DNA from: Balanoglossus misakiensis | Taxonomy: Eukaryota > Animalia > Hemichordata | Assembly: GCA_040954595.2 (NCBI GenBank) | Contig: CM082578.2 | Coordinates: 10,981,166-11,045,165 of the forward strand | DNA: 64,000 bases | Direction of reading: 5' to 3' | Shown here: positions 26,270 through 37,858 of the stretch, piece after piece | Layout: each line of letters opens with the position of its first letter | Numbering within the stretch: position 1 is the stretch's first letter | Made by a program: the position numbers and the translations under genes | The notes under the pieces: model-generated | Told to the model about the DNA's origin: nothing | Databases searched by the model: none | What the model saw: only the letters and a program-made list of their open reading frames with translations

Positions 26270-28552
26270 CAGCTTTGTTTTCCATCACAGTGGCCGTGTG
26301 TGTGTGTGTGTGTATATCTGTGTGACCGTGACCATGACCTACCTTGCCACCCGGTGTCGAGGTGTGAACTAGTGTTTATCTGCTTGAGGAGGGAATAGGC
26401 ATGGACAACATATATACCCGACTGTGGTTGTACATATTGCTGTTTTTTTCTTCATAGGAATCAGAATGGAAAGCAGAAAAAAAAACTGCCTCAGCTGCCC
26501 AGTGTACAGCGTTGATTTCTGCCAATTTGTTTATATGTAATAACTAGATGAATGGTATGTGATCTGTTTTTAAAATGACCCCTCTGATGCAGCACACAGG
26601 TGTGTTGTGTCACATTATCACAGAAGCCGTGGGGTTTGATTTCTGGTTGTTGTTTTTTGTATTAGCATGGGAGAAACGGTTGTCACTGTCTCATAAGAAC
26701 AACTTTTGCAGATGCATGGCGTATCATACCCGTTCATTGCCGTCGCTTGGATATGGCCAGTGCCAATGTGACAACTTCAGGGTACGAACCATGGTCTCCA
26801 AGGGGACAAATGATCAGTCTAAAATTTGTAATTCTAAAAAAAGCCTCTGTGATTATGTGACATGATGTGCAAAATCAGTATTTCCTGTTTTTTTGTTGGA
26901 GAGAGAACTTGAGTCATTTACATCCATGTATCAATGTGTGTCGTGATTTTGCCGTGTTATTACTGCAGTCTGCTGGCTGGTACCTAGTCATGCATGTTGG
27001 AGGAAAAATCCTCCAAAATGCGTGACGTGAGGCATATACTTGTACATATCTTTCCTTTTTTATGTGTACAAGAGCCCTGTGAAATTTGCCCCCCCCCCCC
27101 CCCCATTAATTTTCAAAAGATGAGGATGTATAAGGATTGAGTTGCCATGCAACAGTATTCTGGGCAGGGGCCAGGCTTATGGGTCTGTGCCCCGAGTCCA
27201 AGAAAAGCTTTAAAAGATGGCCACACAGAAAAGTGTATGAAACTGTCCATAAATGGAATTATAGGACTGCAGTCATGTATGTACCCTGTGTCTGGGGCCG
27301 CAATACGAGTTTTAATAATCCCCTGTGGTGTAGCGCCCCCTATAGTTGGTGTACACATCTTTTATTCAAAAATCATGTTCAAGCAATCGAATGCTGTCAT
27401 TTGTCAATTTTTTTCCACATAGCTTTTTGAATAGTACTAGTCAGAGCCAAGAGGGTAGGTTAATTTCCTGTTTGTGTACTTTTTTTCAATTTTTGGAATA
27501 CAACTACTTAATCAACCCTGTCCATTCCAAATGAAATCAGCAACTGGTGCTGTCCTGTCAAGTATGCAAATGTTGTTTGTCAAAAAAAAAAAATTATATA
27601 ATATAGAGAGAGAGAAAAAAGCATTATTTATTAGTGGTGTTTTACAAAAAACTTTGTATCTCTGTACTTCTATGTAACGTGCACCCCTCCATTATATAGT
27701 CGGGTGGACCCAGCCTCCATCCTGTCCTACAGGGTTGTACCAAGTTCTACATGATATCAGGGATTGAAGGTCCAACTTGAGACTGAAATATTTACCAGCA
27801 ATTTCTATTTGTGAAAGGGGCCCAGCTATCCAGTGAACGTGGTAGAGACAACCTTAAAAAACTGAAATTTTCCAGACTTGGTGTTGGCCAATACAGGGCT
27901 TGGGAATAAAAACACACGTCTGTGACTCAGGTCTGAGACACGCACACTGGAAGGCCGGGCTCCTGTTGATCTCTCTGTATGTATAGAATTCATGTATGGC
28001 AACAGAGGCCTGGCTATGTTGTTGAGTTTGGGATGTAGTGCTAGTGTTGTTTCCACTGTGTATTTTTGCAGGGGCTACAAGTACAAGAGCTATGTTGGCT
28101 TGCCAAGCCATCTACCCATAATGCATTGCCCTGTGGTCCATGCTATCAACTGTGACTACACAACAAAACCGATGGCCAAGTCTCGCAGGTTCACATTCTC
28201 GTCACCTGTGTGTTAGAGGAAAATCACAGGCTGTATTTCTGAGGAAAGAGTGGTTGAGATTTACCGTGCTCTCTTCTGAGGAAATTAAAAAATTGCATAC
28301 ATTCATTTGTGGTTTTACCAAAAAATACCTGTGTTTACTAAATTATCATTCTGTTCTAGCTAGTGTTTCAATCGCCATAAAAAAATGTGTGAACAGCGTC
28401 CAAGATCACTGCATGTGACTGGTTGAACTGTTTTGGACAATCTTATTGTTAGGGTTCAGGGGTCAGGGAGGGGAGATTGGACTGTCCCTTTAGACAGGTT
28501 TCACTGTGGACATCCACAGAACAGCAGAGTCTCACAAAAAAATCTCTTTGCT

Positions 28553-28641
28553 TTCAACCCCATTACCACCAGAAAAATGGTCCACCCCTATAGTTTTCTG
28601 TGGTGCGGTTGAAACCATAAACCAGGAAATGGGGGGTTGAA
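28553..28641. mobile_element. Short MITE-like inverted-repeat element
   Basis: Termini ttcaacccc...ggggttgaa; resembles 19090-19198. Confidence 0.45.
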
Positions 28642-29871
28642 GTAGTGAAGTCACATTTTATAGAACAGTATGGGTAGATGGTTCTCATCAGATTTTTTGC
28701 ACATTTTTATTCATATACACAGAGAGGTAAACACAGTTTTGAAGGAATCCATTTTTTAGCATGATACTTTGTAGTTTTGTGGACACAAACTTGCTCCATG
28801 TGGAAAGACACTAATATAATATTAATAATAATGATGATAATATATATATTTTTAAAGCAGTGTTCTCATGTGGATTTTGTAATACAATCATCGTCATTGT
28901 AAACCTTATAAATTATTTGTACGTTTTTACCGAGGTAGATACGTAGTGTGTGTAGCTTTTATTGATTTTTACGAGTCAAGGAATCTTGGCTCAACTTGTA
29001 ATGGATGGAGTTGTTTATTTTAGCAGTGATGTCAGACTGTTGGTGTTTTAACTGTGATAAACTTAATCGTTTCTTTCTGGCTATTTTCTGAAATTGTTAT
29101 CCTTGCTCCATTTTTCCCCTCTCGTGTAGTCACGTCTTATTTGCCAGTTCAGTGGTAGAGTTCTGTTCATCTATGCTGTTTGACTGGTGTCTTGCTTGGT
29201 TTTAGTGATGTCATCTTTTGAACAGTGCTCCGTTTTATAATTTTACTCCAAAAAAAGAGCCCTGTGTTGGTTTTAGAATTTGCGATTGTGAAGTTTGTCT
29301 TTTATTGAATTTTCCGGTAACTGTGGATCAACCCTGCTGCACTGTTCCCGATTTGACCGTCCGACGGGTGGCATTTATACAAAAGACTTAGTTGGCGAAT
29401 TTTCACCTTATCCATTTAACTGACATAGTTTCCGTCATTTTGACTTGTGATATCTCTTGTCTTGTCTTGCATGAAAAGAACAACGACATCGACAGGCCTT
29501 ATGCCTGAATGATTCCGACTCAGCGCAAACGGCTGTTCAAAATCATTGTCTGACGTCAGTTTTTAGAATTTACAGTTTAAACACTGGAATGCATTGGAAA
29601 GTGTGATCAGAAATTTTTGGATTCTAAATTTTGCTACAAATTGGTAGAAAATTTCCTCTAAAGATGTAGTTCACCTGTAAATCTCAACTACAAACATTCT
29701 GTTTTTGTCATAAAACCAGACAAAAAGGCAGCATAAACTCTACCCTGGTTTGTGTCGTACAAATAGTGCATTGCAATGTACCATGGGAGAGTGTGTACGT
29801 CATCTGAGTTACTAATAAAATCAAATCATGATCCATTGATATATGCAATGTTCAGGAATTCTCCCTGCCAT

Positions 29872-29935
29872 GGTCAGTGTTGGCAAAGCTAGACCCCCTA
29901 GGTCAGTGTTGGCAAAGCTAGACCCCCTAGGTCAG
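29872..29935. repeat. Perfect 29-bp tandem duplication
   Basis: ggtcagtgttggcaaagctagacccccta at 29872-29900 and 29901-29929, then a partial ggtcag. Confidence 0.92.
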
Positions 29936-32491
29936 AGCTGCTAATGCTGCATAATTTGCTGTTACAAGAAACTGCTTTGTAATACTTAAGCATGTTAAGT
30001 ACTTCGTATTCTTTTCTCTGACAGTTTGCCCCTGGTACTTGTAGTTTTTACTTGCAGATGGAAGTTTGATATTTTAAATATGGTACAGTGCAGATAAATT
30101 TACAATGCAGATTCTTGCTAAAAAGACATTTGAAATTAGGAAAAAAAAGAGGGAAATTATGCATTTTGTCATGGGTTTGAACATTTATTGATACAAAAAA
30201 ACAAGTATGTTGTTATCTGAAATAAAAGCTGGTTTACTATTTAATGTGAGAAAAAGGGTCTGTAAGCCTGTTTTATAGTTGAAAACAGTTTAGGTGTACA
30301 GGTCATTATGAATGCGTGTAGTCCTTAAAGTTTACTTTAATATTGGTGAAGCATTATATTTATCCTCAAATGAATAAAGTTGTTCAAGAAATGATCTTAC
30401 TTTGCATTGTTGTGGATTATTTATCACATCTGATCAAATGGAGAAGGGAGGAGAGAGAGAGAGTATGGTGTGTTAGAGAGACTACATCTTATCAAATAGG
30501 CACTGCACCAACTTGTGCTGATTGACCTAGAACATAACGCGTGTCTTCCAACCAGGAGGATTTCCAATGGGAGAAACAGAAATGTGGCACGCATATATTG
30601 CACTACTTATGGGTGAACGACTCCTCTCCAATACCCACTAGTTGAGGGCTCCCTTCAAATAACTTGAATGACCTCCAAGGCAGCCTCTGCATAGTACCGT
30701 AAAAAGTCAAGTAGAAATTTATAGGGTGTGTGAATAATATTTCTCGCGACACCATCATAGTATGATGGTCAATTGTGCAACCTTCCTGTCACATTACATA
30801 AATGATTACCTTGATACACTTTTCGACTTTCTCTACAAACTTACTGTTCAAATAATTACCCTGTTGTTCTGTCATTGTACTGGTATTACAGAATTTTTCC
30901 TTGAATTTTTTTAAAGTCTCCAGGGCATTTGAAAGAATTCAGTTATCCAGCCTGCCTTCATTTCAGTGCAGATGCCAGAACATTGGTAAACTTTCAATAA
31001 CCTGCGACTAACATCTGAATGTAATACACCCCTTGACTGTAAAACACAACAAAATCAAGTCTCATGAATGTTCCATGAAAAAGACACCACCATACAAATA
31101 ACTTCTTTTGCAAATGCTACATGTATTTAAACACATTCATAAATTCTTTGCACAATACATACATAGAGCGTCCATGCACTAAATAATAGAAAACCTTAGA
31201 AAATACAAAATATGAAAATCGCAAAAATTTGGTAGAAAAGTTTTTTTTTATAACTTACTGAATACAATTTTGCTTCCTATAGTGGAAGTAGAGGGTGGAT
31301 GTTTTTTGGCTCAGTGCCTATTTCCTTGCAAGGGTACTGTAAAATAAATGGCAGTGAAATCCTAAGCTATGTCCATCAGAAAAATATTTACTCTTGTTTG
31401 GACGCTGGAGATACAGGGCTGATTATATTTATCATGGATTTCTACAAGTCCAGTTTATTTCTACAACACGTTTGAGAAAAAAAATGACATCATAACAAAA
31501 CACGCATCATTGCAGCTATGTACACCCTACAAGAGTTTTGATTCCACCAGTACAGCATCAGACATCATTTTACAATTTGTCAGTTCTATTAATAGGTACG
31601 GCAGCATTCACGAGTCATCCGCAGACATTCTTGCACTGGCATCACCCCGGGGTCGACTTTCACATCGGATAATAAAAACTGATATACCACGGAATACTTG
31701 TCTTATTCTCTTTGCTTGACATCTCCACTCGCCTCATAACGAGATTTAGACTTCATACAAGAGGAATGAAATGTTGTCTGCTGTCACACAGGAACAACAC
31801 CATCTCATCATGCCACCTCAAACAGCATGCAGGGCTTTCCCAAACAAATCCTCTTGATATGGGAAAGTCAGCTGCTGGTGTTCGTATCAACCCTGTACAG
31901 AATCCTGGCAATCAGTCTAACTCCAACTGTACTACTTCAATTTAACAATTTATGCCGATCTGTAAAAAAAGATATTTTTTTGTTTTTCATGACTGAGATT
32001 ACTTTTGAATATATCCACCTAATATACATGTCTGATGTGACATTTTAACAAATTTTCATGGATGCATACGTATAGAGTGTCTTTCAATGTCCGCCAGTTT
32101 CCAGTCTTTTATATGTGTGGGCAGTTCTGCAATGAACTTTCACATATTACCAGCATAAATGCAATACAGAGCTCTGATATAAGGAAATTAGCATAATAGC
32201 CAAACAGGTCAACCTGCGGTTCGACCAATCAGATTTTGTTTGTATTTCTGTAAATGGAGGTTGCCCATTGCCTGTCAGGAGCGAAAGACTGCATAGGTGT
32301 GCCACTGCAACAGCGGGCTAAGTAGACATCCGAAATTTGACTTGCATTGTAACAAGTATCAGTATGGCAGTGTTCTGACAAAGTATTGCGAAAATGCTGA
32401 TTGAATGCAACACTTGTCCCGAAAGCAGTGGTCGGTCATGGAAGACTTTTTTTTGGCGTTAATTCAGTCAAAACCTCTCGATCTACAGTCT

Positions 32492-33766
32492 TCACAGAAT
32501 AGAGCAGCCAGCGCAGCAGCCTGGATTTCCATTCTTACAGGAGTCTTCTTTGCCACCGCTGCCAAGCAGAGGGGCCTGCTCCGAGGAGGGCGTTTCTGGG
32601 TCAATCCCCGGGGGGAGGGTCTTCTGAGGGGTGCAGCTCGCTTCGGGTTTCGACTCGGAATTACCAGGTCCAAAAGTTACATCGGTGTCGTTCTGATCAG
32701 GTATCGCTCGCTTGTTGTCATCAGATGTGGGCATGCTGTTGATCTCCTGCATGATCTCCTCAACCTGGCTGGGCGTGAGCAGTGGCGACTTCTCGTCTCC
32801 TCTTCCTTCGGCGGCGACGCCTACGATCGCGTCACCTTCCGCCTCCCCAGTCAGGACAAGGTGGTCGATGACGGCGGGGGAAGGCGCTTCTGTGCGGATG
32901 ATGGCTTCTCGCGTCGGTGTCTGGGTCGGGAGCGGCGCCGCGACCGCTTTGTTGGAGGCCGAGGAGGAACAGCTGTCGACGAGCTGCGAGGCTTCAACCA
33001 CTGCAGCGGGCACGTCGACCACTGCGGGCTGTGTTGCAGCGACGACATCGGACTGGGGTGGGGCCGGTGCAGGGGAGGACACGACCTCAACGCTCCTGTC
33101 GAATATCACGCCCTCATCAGCCATGCTCTGCTTGTCTGCTGCAATGGGCAGTACCTTCTTGATCTGGGGCGAGGCCAGCAGCTCGGACGCCGGCGTGTCG
33201 TCGGTGATCACGCCGGCTTCTTCCAGGAAGCTGGTCGGCAGAGGCTGCGCGCTGGGAGCTGCCTGGCTGCCGTTCATCGGGGTCGACTGCAGGGCGTCGG
33301 GGAGTATCCCGGCTTCCATGAGCAGTTTCTCCGTGTCCATCAGCAGGTCAGTCGCCTCTTCTGTCGCTTGCTTAGTTTCGTCTGGCATCGGGACATTCTC
33401 GCCAGAAGGAACCTCTCCCTGTCCCGTGGCACCATCACTGACACTCCCCTCCGCCTCGGCCAACACCGGCACTTCCTGATCCGTCACTGATGCAGCCGGC
33501 ATCTCCTTGACCCCGGACGCCACTGGCACGGTTTGTTCCATGGCCTCTACCTTGACACTCTCGTCTCCTTCGTCGTGGTGATACTTTTCTGACCCCACGT
33601 CGAACTGACCAGCACTTCCATTTTCAGTGGCCCTCTCCCCTTCAGCTGTACCATTTTCTGCTTCCAGCTTTGGGCCGCCCGTGGGCTTTGGTGCAACTGC
33701 ATTCTTGTATGATTCTAAAGTACCATCGAAAGGATCTAGCTGACTACCGATGGATTCTAACGTAGC
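32492..33766 (-). CDS. CaaX protein terminal exon (425 codons; acidic, Ala/Pro/Glu-rich; ends GNPGCCAGCSIL*)
   Basis: Acceptor ttctcattcag| at 33767; long GC-rich ORF. Confidence 0.88.
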   Translation of the reverse strand, partial: ATLESIGSQLDPFDGTLESYKNAVAPKPTGGPKLEAENGTAEGERATENGSAGQFDVGSEKYHHDEGDESVKVEAMEQTVPVASGVKEMPAASVTDQEVPVLAEAEGSVSDGATGQGEVPSGENVPMPDETKQATEEATDLLMDTEKLLMEAGILPDALQSTPMNGSQAAPSAQPLPTSFLEEAGVITDDTPASELLASPQIKKVLPIAADKQSMADEGVIFDRSVEVVSSPAPAPPQSDVVAATQPAVVDVPAAVVEASQLVDSCSSSASNKAVAAPLPTQTPTREAIIRTEAPSPAVIDHLVLTGEAEGDAIVGVAAEGRGDEKSPLLTPSQVEEIMQEINSMPTSDDNKRAIPDQNDTDVTFGPGNSESKPEASCTPQKTLPPGIDPETPSSEQAPLLGSGGKEDSCKNGNPGCCAGCSIL

Positions 33767-36700
33767 CTGAATGAGAAAAACAAACATGGAACCTGATTAA
33801 CATTCTGTATTAAAATGAACATTGTATTAATGTGTATTTTCCAATCAAAATCAGGTGGCCAAAAATCAACCTCATTCAGGTGCTGATTTGCACCAAAAAA
33901 AACATTGCACATAACTCAGATGCAGTGTACTGCAGAAATCTCACTTTCATTAAAATTCTGAAGGGTAAAACCCTACATGAGGCAGACAAACAAGGACATA
34001 CCAGGTTGTGCTTCACGAGACAGACCAATCATTGAGGCAGACAAGAAAACCTGTTGGTTGACAGTGCTCTGGTGCTCTCTCAAAGACTTACACACAGTCA
34101 GCACAATTGTGAGATTGCAAAATACACATACATGTACCTTTTCAGACAAGTCTGCGTGATTGAGTCAATTGAGTGAAGTGTAGGCTTTTGCACACTCAGT
34201 GAACATAGCACAACCAGATGACATTCATGTTTAATGGCGGCAACAAAAAATGAAATGTAAAATCTACAAAAAAGACAAGTGATCGCTATGCTTACAAAAA
34301 GTACTTTCATCACCACCAAAACCTCACCTACATGTAAAACTTGCTTACCAGTACAACTAATGAGATGCAATCTCAGCAACTTGCCCTTGGCTTTTTAAAC
34401 TCATCACATGATAAGTGTTTACATATAAAAATTAAGGGGGGGGGGGGGGGTTAGAGATGTCAACGTGTGCAAACTCCACACCAAGCATAAAATGTATAAA
34501 AACAAAAACAAATGTACGGTTCTACGCAGAAATGCATGCAAAACTTGAGAAGAGTTATCATCCAGCCAACACTGCTTGCAACGGTGTACATGTGTCTACT
34601 CCTCTGAAACTCATTTACCTCTTCCAAATTCTACACCAACATGTGCTCTGAGCAGTGGTGAAGTTTCATTAACTCATTCTTGATCATGCTGCATTAATTG
34701 TTATTTAAAATGCTGGAAAACAAAACATAAACGCAGGCAAGGCAAGTACAAGTGGATAAACGAAGGAAAAAGCATGGCCGGGTATATATACGCTCGACAG
34801 TACCAGAGTTGATACCTGTTGATACCACAGAGCGTCCATCTGTTGGATCTTTTCGGTTAGTTGGATCTCTTCCAGGATAGACATTCCGACGGGAGTTTGG
34901 GGAGTAGCAACGGCAAAGCCAACAGCCACAGAATCTAACTCCTCATCATAGCAATCGTGTAAATCATAGCTAACCTCAGGATTCGCGGGGGAGTCCTCGT
35001 CCGAACAAGCAAACTGGACTGGCATTTCACCCTCCTCAACATCGTCATAGTCCATCGCCAGCCCAGGTTCACACGTAGCTGTGACGTCACCCAGACTAGA
35101 ATACTTGTACTCATCGTCTACTTCTCTGGTTTCAGTTTCCATGGAAATACCGCCCTCGTGGGGTGAAGTCTGGTCAAAGTGCACATGCAGACCAGATTCT
35201 ACACTTTGACCCTCATTTGTAAATCCTCTCCCATCTCCCTGTGCGAAGCCTTCCTTTTCCATTTCCAACAGAGAGTTTCTCTCTATGCTCTGACTGACGG
35301 ATTTAATCAAATCGGGCTCCCTGTCGGGATTCTTCAAATCTTGGTCCTCCGACCAATCCGTCGGCCCTATCTCAGTCAGGGATTCAACATAATCGTCGGG
35401 GTTGTTCAGCCGGATGCCGTCTTGAGTTTGCTGGATGCTGTCCTGCAGTTTGTCCAATTCCCGCTTTTGCCTCTCCAGTTTGGCCAACTTCACTTTCTGC
35501 TGGGTCTCCTGTTCCATCCTCCGGTACCCTTCTTCTCCCACTTTGCTGACGATCTCTTGCCTCAGCTCCTCTTTCTCCGCCAGTTTCAGCGCCAGTTTCT
35601 CTCGCTCGATCTCCTCCTGTTGCTGCAGCAACCTCCTCTGGTGCTCGAGCTTCTGTCGTCTCTTCTCGAGTCTCAGTTTCTCCTCCGCGGTCTTCCTCTC
35701 GTTCTCTTCGACCTGTCTCTTCAAGTTTTCGAGATGTTCTATGCTCCTGCTCAGGGTGTGGACATTGCCCAGTTTTTCAGGGAAATCAAAGTTTTCCAGG
35801 CTTTTGGAAGCTCTGAGGGACCTTCCAGAACCCAGTTTTTGCCTGAACTTCTTTTTCTTCCAGTGTTAAGATGAAAAATAACAGAGGTAAGAGAAAATAG
35901 AGAAGGAAGAAGGTTGACAGTGAAGAAGGAGTTCAAAGTAGAGAGATGTCAGGACAATCATAAACATCAAAAATATTTTAGCAAAATTTGGTGAGTTTTC
36001 CCATCATTCTTGTGTTTTAGAAAACAATTAATCAAAGTTTGCTACAATGGGTAAATTCATATTTACTAAATGTTTAAAATTTCTCATAAAGACACTTTGA
36101 AAATGCAGATATATTGCAAAAAGTCAAGTAGAAGTTTAGCCTGCTGGTGTTTGCACTTACCATCGGGACAAGACAGTACTAAAATACACACACTTTTAAT
36201 ACCCATGTTTGATACAAAAGAATTATCTCCACTTGATTATCACAGCTAGGAACTTGTTGCATGTGGTTTCCATGTTTATGCAGTCTAAGGTTGCAAACTC
36301 AAGCATAAAAATTACAATCTTGTTATTTCTTCCTAGGCTATGTATACCTGGACAGAAATTAATTTAAACGGCAACAAGCAACAATATAAATCTGGGTGCA
36401 CAGGATTACTTACCTTGGGTGAGACCAGCACCTCAACAGCCTTGCTGGCATCACTAGCTGCTTTCTTGTCCTTCTGCAGGTCTTCAGCAGATACAGACTT
36501 TTCCTTGGGCAATTGATCAACTGCAAAGTTGAGAAAGATAATAGGATTCATCATATTTCAATTTGTACAATATATTGTAAGGACAGTGCGTGCTCTCACA
36601 GCAAAATAATTCTTAATCATTCAGTCTCCACAATGCCAAAAAGATGCCAAGACATGATGGGGTGGGTTAGCTGGTATAAAAAAGTCGAGTATCTGGAGGT

Positions 36701-37858
36701 TTTCCCATTAACAGCTCTAATCTACACCCTTGATTAGATGTCAAAATTCTTTTTCTTTTTTCAGTTTTGTTGTCAAGATCTCTATGATTGCTAGAGTCTC
36801 AGTCAGCTAACTATACTACTGGGTTTTAACAAACTGTTGAGCTTTAACTGTGTTCAGTAAAGAGCATTGCTAAGTGATAGCCCAGATTGAATTACAAAAT
36901 GCCTGACAGTCTCGTCATGTATAGTCATCAATAAACTATCCAACTGGTGAAATGCATGGCGTAGTTAGTACTCAACTCAGCTTTCACTAGTTTCAGACTC
37001 TTGGCCAGAAAAAAAAAATTGCCATTCACTGAAATCAACATTTTTGTCTCATATTATATATACTATGTGGTGCAAAAATCCTGAGGATTTTTTTTGCATG
37101 TTTACACGTGTATATAGTCAATGATGACACTTCTGTACTGAAGGTTCACTCATTGGTCATCGTGTCACTGATCTGTTGGCCTTGACACTAGGCAAAAAAT
37201 TGGCCGAACATGCATGGCCGACAGCACACTCAACAAAAACACTAAAATCAAACACCGAACGTTATTCCAAAAGTCGCTGCATGCAAGGAGTCTCGTCAGA
37301 GGCCCCGGAAGAAATCATGCACGCAGGAATTCATGTTATGCAATACAGTCTAACGCATGAATTCTCTGCCATGTACAGTATGCGAATTCACCCAAAATTC
37401 AACACGAAAACCATGCAGTGATGCACGGCACGATAGTCGATACAACGGCATGCTCTTGCGACGTATACCTGCTCCGGTGTGCTGTGGTTCCAAGTCTGCA
37501 AAGTCTCGCACCCTGCCGTGTAAAATGCCTACAAAAAGACAATATCATCCTAAAACTTCTTATACGCCCACTAAAACATGCAAACCGACTGGAAAATTGA
37601 GCGGAAAGTTTTTGTCATATTAAAATTTCACGGGGGTTGACATTTGAGACACACGTACGTCGGCACCAGGAGTCATCAAGCGATTTGTTTTTTCACTTGT
37701 CCACTCGCTCTCTGTAAACGTAGTGTCAAATTACCCCTAAATTTATTACGTGACCAACCTGGATCGGACTTCTTTTTCTTTCTTTTATGGAGACGTTTCT
37801 TTCTCGCAGCACCAGAAGCTCCTCCGTCACGATGTGACACACTGCCGCTGTCTGCCAT
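32492..37858 (-). CDS. Uncharacterised ~840-aa acidic/coiled-coil protein with C-terminal CaaX (CCAGCSIL); complement(join(32492..33766,34816..35856,36414..36520,37759..37858))
   Basis: Four exons with GT-AG ends and phases 1,0,0 that join into one 2523-nt ORF. ATG in gccATGG context. Two large ORFs (34705-35724, 32492-33787) cover most of the two big exons. Confidence 0.8.
34816..35856 (-). CDS. CaaX protein exon 3 (347 codons; E/K/Q/R-rich coiled coil, then acidic region)
   Basis: Frame open from KKKFRQKLG to WYQQ; polypyrimidine tract and aag| acceptor; donor cag|gtatca; phase 0-0. Confidence 0.82.
36414..36520 (-). CDS. CaaX protein exon 2 (DQLPKEKSVSAEDLQKDKK...VSPK)
   Basis: Acceptor tttgcag|, donor aag|gtaagt. 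Confidence 0.8.
37759..37858 (-). CDS. CaaX protein exon 1 (MADSGS...RKKRLHKRKKKKSDP)
   Basis: gccATGG start; donor cag|gttggt, phase 1, matching exon 2. Confidence 0.72.

Noticed and set aside
32405-33490. Long antisense ORFs (361 and 255 aa) over the CaaX exon; likewise 15015-16446, 35179-35874 and 54876-56889
   Set aside because: These are shadow ORFs of GC-rich coding exons with no recognisable product.
35857-35880. tcttaac resembling a U12 branch site before exon 3 of the CaaX gene
   Set aside because: The upstream donor is GTAAGT (U2 type), not RTATCCTT.
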